A DNA stretch of 64,000 nucleotides from Candidatus Latescibacterota bacterium (GCA_963791045.1 CAWBQK010000017.1:314142-378141), one strand, 5' to 3'. Numbered from the stretch's first letter, positions 18,356 to 30,800 are shown. Numbers and translations: made by a program. The notes: a model not told the origin generated them from the letters alone.

Positions 18356-21300
18356 CTAGTCCGACTGCACGACAAACCGACCGCTCTCACGGACCGACCC
18401 GCCAGTATCCAGAACCCGGACCAGGTACATCGATTTCGCGACACGACGCCCGTGATCGTTGGAGAAATCCCAGTTCCAGTCCTCTCCGTCTCCGTTTGCG
18501 TTTTTGTAGCTTCGCACTTCCGATCCGGATGTGTCGAAGATTTTCACGGTCCAACCGGAGGGCAAATTCTGGATCTCAAGCGGTCGTGTCGGCTCGTGCG
18601 CCCAGTAGCCATTTGGCACGATGGCGACGTCTTCCCCGCCAACTGCCGGGGCAAGCGCTACTGTGAACGAGAACTCGACCGACATGGTATTGTTCGCCAC
18701 ATCCGCCGCCACCACCTGTATCGAAACAGTCGAACCGGGGTTGAACCCATCCGTGTTGTTGTAAACGATCGTCACATCGCCGTTGGCTTCACGCGTGATC
18801 GTTGTATCGACCATGCTGGCGCCATCGACAAAGAACTCAATGGAAGCGATTCCGAATTGACCTTCGTCACTGAAACTGACCGTTATCGGAGCATCGGCGT
18901 CGACATCGGTTGCACCGTCGGAAGGCGTCTGCGCGAGCTTTTCGGGCGGTGTCGTATCGGTGTCCGAACCGGTTGTGAAATTCCAGGAAAGCGTCGTCTC
19001 GTTTGGCGGGTCTGACAGGTCGGAGACGGTGACCTCGACGGTCACTGTCTTGTTCGCTTCGAAGTCCCCCTCATTGGAGCATACAACGGCGTAATTTCCG
19101 GAGTCTCCATTGAAGGATGTCGAATCCGGCGCGGCGCCGTCTATCATGACATTCAGCGAATTCTTGTCGACACCGGTCTGCGAATCGGTAATAGCGAAGA
19201 ATACGCTCGAGTTAACGGGGACATCGCTTGCCCCGTCGGCGGGATTTGCCGCCAGAATTGTCGGGCCGTCCGAGTCTTCGCCGACAACATAAGCCGCGTA
19301 CTCCGTGGAGTATCCGCTGTAACCACCCGTCGAGTTGAAAGCACGAACAGCGATGTAGTACATCCCGTGCGTCAGGCCGCAGACATCGTATTCCAATTTG
19401 CTTCCAACCTCGACCCAGTCATCGTAATCGCTCGCGTCCCCGCCGTCGACCGAGTGTGTTCCGTAGTAGACGATATAACCGGCGATGTCGGGTTCGGAAT
19501 TGGCCGCCCATTCGACTTTGACACATCCGGGACTTGTCTCGTCAACCGTCACCGCCGTTGGCGGGAGCGGGCTCTGAGCGTCGCCGTTGGAAACCTCGGT
19601 CGAGACTTCCGCGCTGATCTGTCCTAAAAATCCAGATTCCGTCCAGGCGCGCACCGCAAAATAGTGGCGGCCGTCGATCAATCCGCAGATCGTCCGGTTT
19701 GTGATTGTTCCTACCGTAATCGAATCCGAGTACGCGCCGGCATCTCCCTCGGCCACCGATGCCGTGCCGTAGTAGATCTTGTATCCGCCCACGTCTTCCT
19801 CTGTGTTGGCGTTCCAGCTGAGACGCGCGCAGCCGTTGTCGGTTCCCTGAGCGGTGAGTCCCGTGGGAGCCGAAGGTCTTCCGTCCGATGTTGTGAAATT
19901 CCAATCGACCCGCGTTCTGTTGGCCGGAGAGGCAAAATCGGAGACTGCGACATCCACGGTAACCAGCGAGTTCAAGGGGAGGCGTTCGGCGGGCTCGCAT
20001 ACCACCGCAAACGCCGTCGGGTCACCCGTAAAAGTGGTTTTTGCCGGAGGTTCGCCGTTGATCAGAACATCGACCGTATTGGTGTCCACCCCGGTTTGCG
20101 CGTCCGAAACCACGAAAAAGATGGTCGCGGTGGGTCGAACATTGACGGCTCCATCGAGCGGCCCTCCGACGAGAACCATTGGTCCGGCCGTGTCGAGACC
20201 GACGACATCAACGTCCTTCTCCGTCGAAAACCCGCTGTACTGTCCGAGCTGGTTATAGGCCTTAACGGCGAAGAAATATAATCCTTTTTCCAGACCGCAA
20301 ATGACACCGCTCGTCGCATCACCCACATCGACGGAATCCACATATTCGCTTTCGCCCCCGGAAACGGACCAGATGGGTCTGTGATATACGACGAAACCAG
20401 CCACATCGGGGTCCGGATGATTGCCCCATGCAACCGTGACGCAACCCGGAGAGGTTTCGGAGGGCTGAACCTGTTGAGGAGGAATGGGTCCATCCGATTC
20501 GATGTTCATCACATCGGTCCAGACCTCAGCGGAAAAACCGCTCAACATTCCGGCGCTGTTCTTGGCGCGAAGCGCAAAATAGTATCTCCCATCGAGAAGT
20601 CCACCGATGGATTGGCCGGTCAAGAGTCCGACATTGATCGAGTCCTGGTAGGCGATTGTTTGACCCTGGGCAACGGAGGACAATCCAAAATAGATGGTGT
20701 AACCAACAATGTTGTTTTCCGGGTTCGCGTTCCATGTCAGCGAAGCCGCACCCGAATCATCGCCAAGAGCGACGAGTCCGGTGGGTGAACTCGGTCTCAG
20801 ACTTCCTGTGGTGAAATACCAATTCTTTGAAATCTGGTTTGGTGAAGCGGCGCGGTCGCGCGCCGTGACGGACACATTGATAAGACTGTTCGCGGGGAGA
20901 TCCTGGCTCAGGCGACACACCACGGCATATCTCGATGGGTCACCGTTGAATCCCATGAAGGATGGAGTGTTTCCGCCAATCGACACGTTAACGCTGTTGG
21001 TATCGACGCCGGTGTGCAGGTCCGACAACACGAACAACACCTCTGTGTTTTGCGGTACATCCGAGGCTCCCGCGGCGGGGCTCGCCACCAGAAGCGCCGG
21101 CGCTTCGGTGTCCGGCCCGGCGACATCAATTAGCTTCTCAGTTGAATAGTCGCTGTAGAGACCAGCCGTCGTGTAGGCGCGCAAAGCAATAAAGTACACT
21201 CCCGCAGAAAGTCCGCAGATATCCCTGCTCGTCGAATTTCCGACGTTGACCGAGTCTGTATATACCGTCGTTTCCCCCTGGGCAACGGAACGCGTACCGT

Positions 21301-24300
21301 AGTAAATCACGTAGCCGTCGAGATTGGTTTCCGTGTTCGCTTGCCAGGAGACGTCCAGGCAACCCGGCGTGTCCTCGGAGACCTGTACTTGCTGGGGCGC
21401 CAGTGGTCCCTGGAGATCGAGGTTTGACACATCGGCGGATGCCTCCGCCGAAAAACCGCTGACCATCCCGGATTCACTTTTTGCGCGAACCGCAAAATAA
21501 TGTCTGCCGTCGGGAAGCCCGCAAATATTCACTGCGTTTGCCAGGCCGGCTGAAATCGAATCGGCGTAAACCGATGCCTCTCCGAAGGCCACCGATTCCG
21601 TGCCGTAGTAAACAGTGTATCCGCTGATATCGGGTTCCGAATTTGCGTCCCAGGACACATGCACGCACCCGTCATTGCCGCCGCTGGCCGCCACACCCAT
21701 CGTAATCGAAGGCGGCACACCGGTGGTGCTGAAGCTCCACTGATCGGACGCCTGGTTTGGCGACGACGCGAGGTCCGAGGCCGATACTTCCACGGTGACA
21801 GTCGCGTTCGACGGCAATCCGCCGGCCGGTTCGCACACCACCGCATAACTTGAAGGATCGCCATTGAAACTGATAGATGATGGCTCAACCCCGGCGATCA
21901 ACACCTCAACCAAATTAGTGTCGACGCCGCTTTGTGAATCTGAAATCACAAGGAAGATGCTGGCCGTTCTCGGATCAACATCCACGGCCCCCTCGCCCGG
22001 ACTTCCCACCAGTATCATGGGGGCCGTTAAATCCGGGCCAACGAAGTCGAGACGCTTCTCGTCCGAATAACCACTGTACTGGCCATACCTGTTTACCGAG
22101 CGGACGGCAAAGAACTGTGTGCCCTGGGCGAAACCGCAAACGCGCGTCGATGTTGCCATTCCAACTTGTAACGAATCAGTGTAGGCGGATGCGCCTCCCT
22201 GTTCGACCGACAATTGCCCATAGTACAATACAAACCCGGAGAGATCGGATTCCATATTCGATTGCCATGAGGCATCCACACACCCGAGCGTGTTTTCAGC
22301 GACCGCGAAAGTCGTCGGCGTCGCAGGTGGCGTCGTGTTTCCAGTGGCAAAACTATATTCCAAAGAGGATCTGTTGGCCGGCGACGCGAGATCGTCCACC
22401 GTCACTTTGACCGTTACAGTGGCGTTTGCGGGGAGTCCGTTCATCGGCGTACACTCGACGGTGTATCTCGACGCGTCGCCGCTGAATGTTTTCCACACTG
22501 CCTGTTCACCGTTGATGAGAACGCTCACCGCGTCGGAATTTACACCCGCGCGGTCGTCGGTCACAACAAACGAAATCGTCGGCGTGGCCGGATCCACATT
22601 GACAGCGCCGTCGCCCGGAGTTCCCGCCGTGATCACCGGTCCCGTCACATCGGGGCCCACCATGACGAGTCTGACTTCCGCGGAGAATTCACTGTACTGC
22701 CCGGATGTGTTGACCGCGCGAAGCGCAAAGAATTGCTCGCCCGCGGAGAGATTGCAAACACGTGTGGAAGTCGACACTCCGACCTCAACCGAATCGGCGT
22801 AGAACCGAAGCCTCGCCCTGCTCAACCGACTGCGGCCCGTAGTACAACACATACCCGGCAAGGTCCGCTTCAGCGTTTGCCTGCCATGAGGCATCGGCGC
22901 AGCCGAATGTGTTTTCACCGACAGCCAGGGCCGAAGGCGCGTTCGGCGGGGCCGCTACTCCAGTTGTAAAGCTGTATTCAATAGTAGACCGGTTGGCCGG
23001 CGATGCGAGATCGTCCGCCGTTACTTCGACCGTTGCCGTGCCGTTCGCGGGCAGCCCGCCCGCCGGCGTGCACTCGATCGTGTAGCTGACCGCGTTACCG
23101 ACAAACTTCATCGCCGTCACCGCTGTGCCGTTGATTTTGACACTGATCGCGTTCGCGTTCACACCGGTACCGCTGTCGGATATCACAACCGTTATATTCG
23201 GAATGCTGGGGTCGACACCGACGGCGCCATTACCGGGGAACCCCGGTTCGATCACCGGGCCCGTGTTATCGGAACCGGCAAAAACGAGACTTGCCTCGGA
23301 TGAGAATCCGCTATATTGGCCTGAGGTATTGAAAGCCCGAACCGCGAAGAAGAATTCGCCCGCGGAAAAATTACAAATACGGGTGGAGCTCGAAGGCCCA
23401 ATCTCTACCGAATCGGGATAGACCGATGCCGCCCCCTGTTCGACCGACTGCGGCCCGTAGTAGACCACATAACCGGCAAGATCGGATTCGGTGTTTGACG
23501 CCCAGTCGAGATCCGCGCATCCGGGTGTGTTTTCGTCGGCATCGAGGCTTGTCGGTATAACCGGGGGTGACGAAGGTTCGTCTTCAAAAGTGGCGGTAAC
23601 ACTCATATCGCGGGTGATTGTGAGCGTGGTGGGGTTGGACGTGCCCGTTTTGTCTCCGGACCAGTTGGAAAAACTCCATCCCTGACTGGGGACCGCCTGG
23701 AGCGTGACAACGTCTCCGCTAAGATAATTCACCTTATCGGGTGATTTTGAAATGGAGCCGCTGCCGTTAACGTTTGTCGAAAGGATGAATACCTGTTGCC
23801 CTTCGTCTATCTCATACGCGCCGATATCGAAGGGCTCGACGCGCGTATTGCCGAGCATGTCGGTCAAGGGCGGCCGTTTCCCCGCAAACGAAGACACGCC
23901 GGTGTTATGAGCGATACTACCCTCGCGAATCCGGTAGTCCTTGCATCGGCATCGATGAACAACTCGACTCATTAAGCTCGCCGACCACTCGAGTTCGAGG
24001 TTGTTGCCTATGGTGTTGTTTACGCCATCATCATCGATCGCGTCTTCCGCCCTCAAAGTGATGCATATATTGTTGAAAATGACGCAGTCTTTGGCGCCAA
24101 TCGGATTGCCATACAAACTTCCCGGCGTCAGCCAGATCGCCTTTGTCTTCCTCTGGGTAATAAAAGTGTTGTTGGCGACGACGTTTCTTACCGAACCAGT
24201 GGCGCCGCCGCCCGTTCGCCGTCCGCATCGTTGTCATCAGAGTCAAGCGATAAGACGGCCGGCCCTGTGCCCTTCGTATTGTTCCCGTAAAAGACATTAT

Positions 24301-25050
24301 TTAAGCAAAAAGAATCGTGCGTGTTCTGGAAATCCGCGGCCTTACCGCCATTTTCGTATAAAATGTTGTTCCTGACCGTGATGTTGCTGTTGATCGAATA
24401 ATCGTTACCGTTGCAATGAACTCCCTCTTCCTCGTTTCCATGAATCCGATTGTTCTCGACCACGATATCACTGCAACCGCGGGCGACGTATACTCCATGA
24501 TAGACACCTGTGGAACGAAATCCGTTTGAGTAAATATCATTTGATGTTACAAGCGCGCCTGTCGCGTTCCAGGTGAAGACACCACTCCCGCCGTTGTTGT
24601 GAACTACGCAATCCCTGATTATCGAGCCAGAACTTTGCCCGGTGCTGACACCATATCTCGGCGCGTTCTTCAATTCGAATCCCTGGATCGTAACATTGTT
24701 CGCTTCCCAAATGGCGATACAGTCGTCTCCGCTTGAGAGCGACGAACCGTCGATCACGACGTTCCCTTCCGCAATAACTGATACGTTGTGTCGGTTATAA
24801 ACAGTCGGGGTCTCATCGGGACGATATGTGCCCGCGAGAACACGAATCGTATCGCCGGAATTGATCGACCGGACGGCGTGCCACAAGGTGCGCCAGGGGC
24901 TGCTGGATGAACCGGAGTTGCTGTCATTACCTGACGTCGAAACATAGTACGTCGCCGCGGAAACAGCGCTCGGAACACGATCAGGGTCGCCAGAAGAATG
25001 ACCCCGAAAAGAGCCGAAAATTTGAATCCGAAACGGTGGGTTCTATGCAT
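18356..25050 (-). CDS. Giant secreted protein 1 (~2,230 aa): right-handed beta-helix, one InlB-B-type repeat, 9 FN3 and 7 bacterial Ig-like domains, T9SS-type/FlgD-Ig C-terminal domain (frameshifts near 24975, 24215, 22803)
   Basis: Joined ORFs 24754..25131, 24188..24886, 22785..24116 and 18356..22918. Signal peptide then ATYYVSTSGNDSNSG...PWRT, Asn-ladder beta-helix, repeated WxxNxExDxxGYxxYYG FN3 units, P.DGA..V Ig units, and a CTD with VKIFDTSGSEVRSY...WDFSNDHGRRVAKSMYLVRV. An alternative GTG start at 25107 has an AAGGAG RBS. Confidence 0.8.
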
Positions 25051-25835
25051 TGAGGTTTCGTTTTGGTTGCGGTCTGCTAAAGGTGCAATGGCTTCACGTA
25101 TCCCCACGTCGTTGCTCCTTTGGATGTTCAATCAACCCAGAAAACCGTGATACCTCTCGGGTTTTTCTGGCAAAGCTCTTCGGCTTTGATGTTGTTTTGC
25201 AACGAAAGTCCGTTGGCTTGCGAGCGGTCATTTCGGCGAGAAGCACGTGTATTCCGCACATTCTGGTACCATCCGAAACAACGAGCGACTCCGTTCCCTT
25301 TTTAGGAAGGCCGAATTTAGAGCATTTTTCCGATAACTGTTGTTGCAGGTTCATTCAGCAAGAAATGTGCTATAAGGCCGCGGCAAACAGCCAATCGGTC
25401 AACGCCAAATTATCGCAATTAACGGGGTGGGGTAAAATCGAGCACGCGCGACCCGGGCGCAAGCGGGATCCCTCGGTCCCCTGCGCATTTCGCGTTCTGG
25501 TATTGTTGGCCTCGATTTACTTATAGAGCGAATCCTGTTCACGAAAATAAGAGAGGGGATTTCGCCTGTCAACCTATGAAGAGCCGAAAAGAAGAAAGGA
25601 GGCATTCTTTTGCCGTATTTTTGAGCTAGCAGCTTGCAATGTGCACATTAACAAGCCAATAGAAGGGTTACCTAAGATGCATTCGAGGAAAGGTGATATA
25701 ACTCGACCTCCCACAAATAGCTACCCGGACAGGAACGTACCAAGTTCGGTTTAGGGCGTCCAAAGATTCTCTGCACAGGTTTGAAAATCGGGCTTGTCAG
25801 CAAGCAAGAAGTTGCGCCGGATATCTGACGTGTTT

Positions 25836-27242
25836 TTAAAAACCGACGAAAACGAGAAACAATTTGAACCCAATGAGGATGGCGATCATTGCAAGAACAC
25901 CGATAACGGCATCGCGCTTTTCAAAGAGGTCAAAATGACGAGAATCGGAATCAACATAAATGTTCGTCGCAGCGACGCTCAATCCCGCAAGAATGAAGAG
26001 GAGCGGATGGTAGGTCTGCGCGATGAACATTGAAGCCACCGCATACCCAGCCAGGGCAAGAAACAAAACTTCAGTTATCAGTCGGAACCGCGGAGCATCA
26101 CCGGCCCGTTCATCCGACGCGATAAAAAACATGTTTTTCAGGGACAGTAAATCATCAGAACCCATGGTATCAATCCGAAAAGACCGACTTCCGCCGCACA
26201 ATGAATAAATGAATTGTGCGCGATCATAGTTTTGAACTTTGGCCCCCAGGCTTTCGCGCCGATTCCAAACAGTGGATATGACATGAAAATGGTCAAGGCC
26301 CTCGTTCCACGTCGAACATCCTCTGCATAGCCGACGCCTCTTGCGTAGATATCGTCGCCATTCGCGAAGGACCAAATACAAAGGCGACGACGGAAATCGA
26401 CGCTCCGGCCAAGAGCCCCCTCTTGATTCCATATCGCCTGACGAACATCAAGCCCGCCACCGCGGCGAAACTAAGACACCGCCTCTCGAGTTTGTAAAGT
26501 AGAGCCCTGCCCCCAGAACAATCGTCAGACCGATCCAGAATACTTTTGTTCCCTTTGTGTCCGAGCCCGTCGTCAACAGATACGCAAAGGGGATAATGCA
26601 AAGAATCGCGATTGCCAACATATTCGGGTTCTCGAACCGACCGGCGCCGAACGCGCGCTCCGCTTCGATTGCCCCAAACTCAATCATCGCCGTCCCTGTG
26701 AGATGCTGATAAATTGCCTGAATAGCCAACGCAACCGTACATAGCGTAATCGTCACCAAAACGGCGTAAAATCGCTTCTCGGTAGTAACAAGATTTACGG
26801 TCAGAAAGTAAACAATGAGTACGGAAGAAAAACCCCACAGCGATTTGACAGCGAACCCCGGATCCACGTGAGACATGTGCGACACAACGATCGCCACGGC
26901 AAACCAGATCACGAAGAAATCCTGTGGAGACTTAAAAAAATATGAACGCTCGCGTCCGGCGATCTGCCGGAAAAGCATCACGAGAAAGGCGCCGCCTCCC
27001 GTCAACAGCATAATGCGGAATGGCTCCAGCGCGGACATAAAGGACTGTGGGGGCCAGTAATTGAAGACAATGTAGACGAGCAGGCCAACGAATGGTGAGA
27101 CAAAAAATAGTACTGTCACGTATGTTACCAGGAACAACGCCGACGCGAGGTCGCTGGAGCGAAGCGCCATAAACGCGAAGCTGGCCGCCAAAAGCGAAAG
27201 CGAAAGAACGAATGGAATGGTTTTGGAAAGCCGTCCGTTCAT
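25836..27242 (-). CDS. O-antigen ligase / Wzy polymerase family (Wzy_C) membrane protein, with several frameshifts between ~26150 and 26480
   Basis: Many TM helices, GRFENPNMLA and TNSRGG. Shifted frames give ASAMQR..W, PLFGIG and AHNSFIHCAAEVGLFG, which are ligase/Wzy_C hallmarks. Confidence 0.8.
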
Positions 27243-27243
27243 T

Positions 27244-28617
27244 CTATTCCTCAACGACCCTTCTTAACGCCACGTCCATTTGAGAAGAGATGGATTGCAT
27301 CGAGTACTTCTCGAGTTCGGTTTCGTTCGTCACGAGATTCAGTTCACCGGAATTGACTTTCGACAAGAACTCTCCAATTCCGAAAGCGACATCGCACGCT
27401 TCCCTGCTGGTTACCGCCATGCCACGGCCTGTACTCGTGACGATACGAGCCGCATCTCCCTCAGGACCGACAACGAGAATAGGCGTCGAGCACAACAGGT
27501 ACGGATACAACTTGCTCGGAACCCAGGTCTCGAAGCCGGCGCCATGAGGTACGAGAAGAAGCAGATTCCGGGCGTTTTCGATGATCCCAAGACTCTCCAT
27601 AAATGGAACCCGTCTTTCGAACCGAATCAGCCCCCGTAAATCCTCATCGATATTCTCCGGCAGCTCCTGCTTTCCTGGCACTCTTCCATAAATACAAAGG
27701 CGCGGTATTCTGTGGTGGTTTTGCGCGCGCATATATCGCACGGCGGCGATATATGCATCCAGCATTCCGGGATAAACGTGCCCCATATATACGAATTCAT
27801 CGTCCGTTTGGCCGCCATTCCCGTCGTTGAATACGGGGGTGAGTTCCCTGTCAAAACCGTTCGTAATTTTAACTGTCTTTGAACTAATCTCGCCGCCGCA
27901 GTGCGCTCTCAACGCCTCACGATTCCCTGAAGTGTTGGCCACAACAGCATCACATTTCGAAAGGATTTTCATCTCCAATTTCCGCCATAAACCGAACGCA
28001 AAAGCGTGGCCACTTGCCCTCGCCGGAATGGTCCAAGGGTCGCGAAAATCCACAACCCAACGAAATCGCGTGGAAGAACGAGCAAGCAACAGCGGTATAT
28101 GGAGGGAATGCGGCGGACTCGAACTGAGAACGGCGTCGAACCCGCCTTTATCGAGCAACCGCCGAAGCCGGAAGTACAAAAACGGCATCCAACCCGCCTT
28201 CGGATCCGGAAATGTAGTCGCGCGTTCAATCACCGTGAAGACTCGAGACACCACCCCCGCCAACACACGCCGGACAGGAGACGGGGTGCCCTTACCCTTA
28301 ATAGCCCCGACAAGCACCCGTGCGGTCCGGCGGACCTCGATAGATCCTGTTCTGATCACCCGTACATTCTCCGGAATCAGATCAAGACTTTCCTGCGTCG
28401 AGTAAACGAATGATTTCTCCACGGTCAAAACCGTTATGTCCCAGCCTAGACGCGCGAGGTACTTTGTCATCCCCACCATGCGGTACATTCCCGCGCTTGT
28501 CACCGGCGGATAGTCATAGGTGACCACGAGCAGTTTTCGCGCATTGGATTCCTGGGATTTTGAAGCGCTCAACTGACACCCACTTTTGATTCCACCAGGA
28601 ACTTGTCGACACGCCAC
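27244..28617 (-). CDS. Glycosyltransferase family 4-like
   Basis: LVVTYDYPP, KYLARLGWDITVLT, SSSPPHSLH, VDFRDPW, ITNGFD and PSKLYPYL. The true start is probably TTG ~28571. Confidence 0.85.
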   Translation of the reverse strand: MACRQVPGGIKSGCQLSASKSQESNARKLLVVTYDYPPVTSAGMYRMVGMTKYLARLGWDITVLTVEKSFVYSTQESLDLIPENVRVIRTGSIEVRRTARVLVGAIKGKGTPSPVRRVLAGVVSRVFTVIERATTFPDPKAGWMPFLYFRLRRLLDKGGFDAVLSSSPPHSLHIPLLLARSSTRFRWVVDFRDPWTIPARASGHAFAFGLWRKLEMKILSKCDAVVANTSGNREALRAHCGGEISSKTVKITNGFDRELTPVFNDGNGGQTDDEFVYMGHVYPGMLDAYIAAVRYMRAQNHHRIPRLCIYGRVPGKQELPENIDEDLRGLIRFERRVPFMESLGIIENARNLLLLVPHGAGFETWVPSKLYPYLLCSTPILVVGPEGDAARIVTSTGRGMAVTSREACDVAFGIGEFLSKVNSGELNLVTNETELEKYSMQSISSQMDVALRRVVEE

Positions 28618-28657
28618 GTCGGAGAGCCGATCATGCGGCGCGGATACCCAACCAGAC

Positions 28658-29635
28658 TCATGCCCACGGGTGGCGCTTGAGCCTCCACATACGCATGAGT
28701 TTCATTAGAAACGACTGGTTCAGAAGCCGCCGGGCTTCCTCCGGATCGGCCAGGGATTGAACGTCCGTGCCGTCACCCTTTCCCGCGACGATATAAACAA
28801 CATCGATGCGTCGGTTGTAGGTTCCAACAGTCTGGCGTGCCTCACGCACCCCCAGGCCCACAATCCTGAACAGCGTCTCGAACGATGCTCTCGTGAAGAA
28901 ATTGACATGCGTGACGGGGTCGTTTTCGATTCCAATCCCTCCCCATACACCCAACGGCACCTCCCCATAAATAACCCCGTTTTCTTCGATAAGATCGGCC
29001 ATTTGCTTCAAAGCGACGGCGGGTTCGGCAAGGTGTTCAATGACGTGACTGCAGATCACAACATCGTATTTGTTTCCCAGGGGAACATCTTCGAGACGAT
29101 CGGCAATTTTATTGACGCCCTTTATCGGGTTAACATTGTAGTCAACCAAATAACAGTCGTGACCCTGCTCTATAAACGGGATGAGAATCCTGCCGTTTCC
29201 ACCGCCCACGTCGAGTACCCGAAGTTTGTCGTCAGGCGCGTAACGCTTGATGACTTCAAAAACTTTGTGCGCCCGCTTCCTGTCACGTTCAAGTGATTTC
29301 CTGTCCGACCTCTGCCCTCCGATATCCTTCTCCACCACCTGGAGAAAGCGGTACTTTGCATCTATATCGTCCGTCGACGGTCGAGGAGAAAAGCACATAA
29401 AACCGCATCCGCGGCACAAAAGCGACTCCAGGACAACTTCTTCGATGTCGGGGAACCATACATCGAAGAGGACACGCCTTCTCAACGCGAGATAGCGTGT
29501 GATCGGCCCCCCATCCGAACATGTTTTGTCCGATTTGCCATAGCGATACCGGCGGACACTTTCCCAATTGTCGGCTCGGCACACCGGGCAGTCAAAATTT
29601 ACGTCCATCTTCTTTCCGATTGAATTATCGAACAA
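28658..29635 (-). CDS. Class I SAM-dependent methyltransferase
   Basis: CPVC...CRGC, VLDVGGGNG and YDVVICSHVIEHL. Confidence 0.85.
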   Translation of the reverse strand: MFDNSIGKKMDVNFDCPVCRADNWESVRRYRYGKSDKTCSDGGPITRYLALRRRVLFDVWFPDIEEVVLESLLCRGCGFMCFSPRPSTDDIDAKYRFLQVVEKDIGGQRSDRKSLERDRKRAHKVFEVIKRYAPDDKLRVLDVGGGNGRILIPFIEQGHDCYLVDYNVNPIKGVNKIADRLEDVPLGNKYDVVICSHVIEHLAEPAVALKQMADLIEENGVIYGEVPLGVWGGIGIENDPVTHVNFFTRASFETLFRIVGLGVREARQTVGTYNRRIDVVYIVAGKGDGTDVQSLADPEEARRLLNQSFLMKLMRMWRLKRHPWA

Positions 29636-29638
29636 ACA

Positions 29639-30799
29639 TCAGGAATTCCGAGTTTTCGAGGCGTCCACTTGCTTTTCTTTCAAGACGTCCTCGTAAACGT
29701 TCTCGTATCCCTCGATCATTCGGCACATATCGTAACGAATCTCAACTGTGTTTCGGGCTGCGGCTGCAAGACGCGCCGCTTCGACCGGATTTGACAAAAG
29801 TTTATCGATGGCCTCCGCGAGTTTGTCCGGTGTTCCCGGCGGGACGAGAACACCCGTCTCTCCATCGGTAATAATTTCCGGGATTCCACCGACGTTGGTT
29901 CCGACGACCGGAACGCCTTCAGCCATCGCCTCGATGATGGTTATGCCGAGGCCTTCTTCCTTCGATGCCAGCGCAAAAACATCGAAGACCGGCAAAAGCT
30001 CTGTTACGTCCGATCGACTTCCGAGGAAGTCCACGCGCAGACCAATTCCCAGCCTGGTCGCCCGTTCCTTGAGCTCCCCCATCATTTCTCCATCACCAAC
30101 TAGAACCAATCTGGCCTTTGTATGTATCGAAGCGAGGCGCGAGAACGCCTCGATGAGGGTCGCGTGATCCTTTTCGGGGCTCAATCTCGCGACGGTTCCG
30201 ATTACCGGCCCAAAACCTTCGAGTCCAAGTTCCGCCTTCTTCTTTTGAATAGCATCGTCGGAGGGCCGCCGATAAAGGGTTAGGTCTACGCCGTTCGGAA
30301 TCGTCGTTACCACATCTTCCTTCAGACCCGCTTTTTCGACGGCGTCCCGACGCACATGATCTGAAACCGCGATGACTCTGTCGGTAAAAGCCAGGCGTTG
30401 AAACCATGACTGACGCCATTTGTGGGGAAATCCCGGGCCATGAGCCGTGTAAACCACACAAGGAACGTTCCCCATGCGGGCGCCAATTAAACCGTAAAAA
30501 AGACCGCCAAAATTATGGCAGTGGACGATATCTATGTTGTCCTTTTTGAGCACGCGGGCCAGGCGAACCGGCAGCGAATAATTGATCCCCGGCTTCTTAT
30601 CGAATTCCAATGTTTTGAAGCCATCCCGCCGCAGAGGTCCGATGTGCTCGCCCCCCCGTTGAAGGCAGTAAACCGATGACGCGAACCGCCGCCGGTCCAC
30701 CCCACCCATCAACGTCACCACAATACGTTCCATGCCGCCAATCGACAGACTGTGCACGATGTGCCCGACATTTATTCTTCTCTTTGCCGGTTCGTTCAT
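29639..30799 (-). CDS. Glycosyltransferase family 4
   Basis: GGMER, IPNGVD, VARLSPEKDH and EGLGITIIEAMAEG; likely start ATG 30799. Confidence 0.92.
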   Translation of the reverse strand: MNEPAKRRINVGHIVHSLSIGGMERIVVTLMGGVDRRRFASSVYCLQRGGEHIGPLRRDGFKTLEFDKKPGINYSLPVRLARVLKKDNIDIVHCHNFGGLFYGLIGARMGNVPCVVYTAHGPGFPHKWRQSWFQRLAFTDRVIAVSDHVRRDAVEKAGLKEDVVTTIPNGVDLTLYRRPSDDAIQKKKAELGLEGFGPVIGTVARLSPEKDHATLIEAFSRLASIHTKARLVLVGDGEMMGELKERATRLGIGLRVDFLGSRSDVTELLPVFDVFALASKEEGLGITIIEAMAEGVPVVGTNVGGIPEIITDGETGVLVPPGTPDKLAEAIDKLLSNPVEAARLAAAARNTVEIRYDMCRMIEGYENVYEDVLKEKQVDASKTRNS

Positions 30800-30800
30800 A

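Noticed and set aside
28620-28660. TGA at the methyltransferase end as selenocysteine or readthrough
   Set aside because: Another in-frame TGA follows 8 codons later and no SECIS-like hairpin is evident. A normal stop or a nearby indel is simpler.
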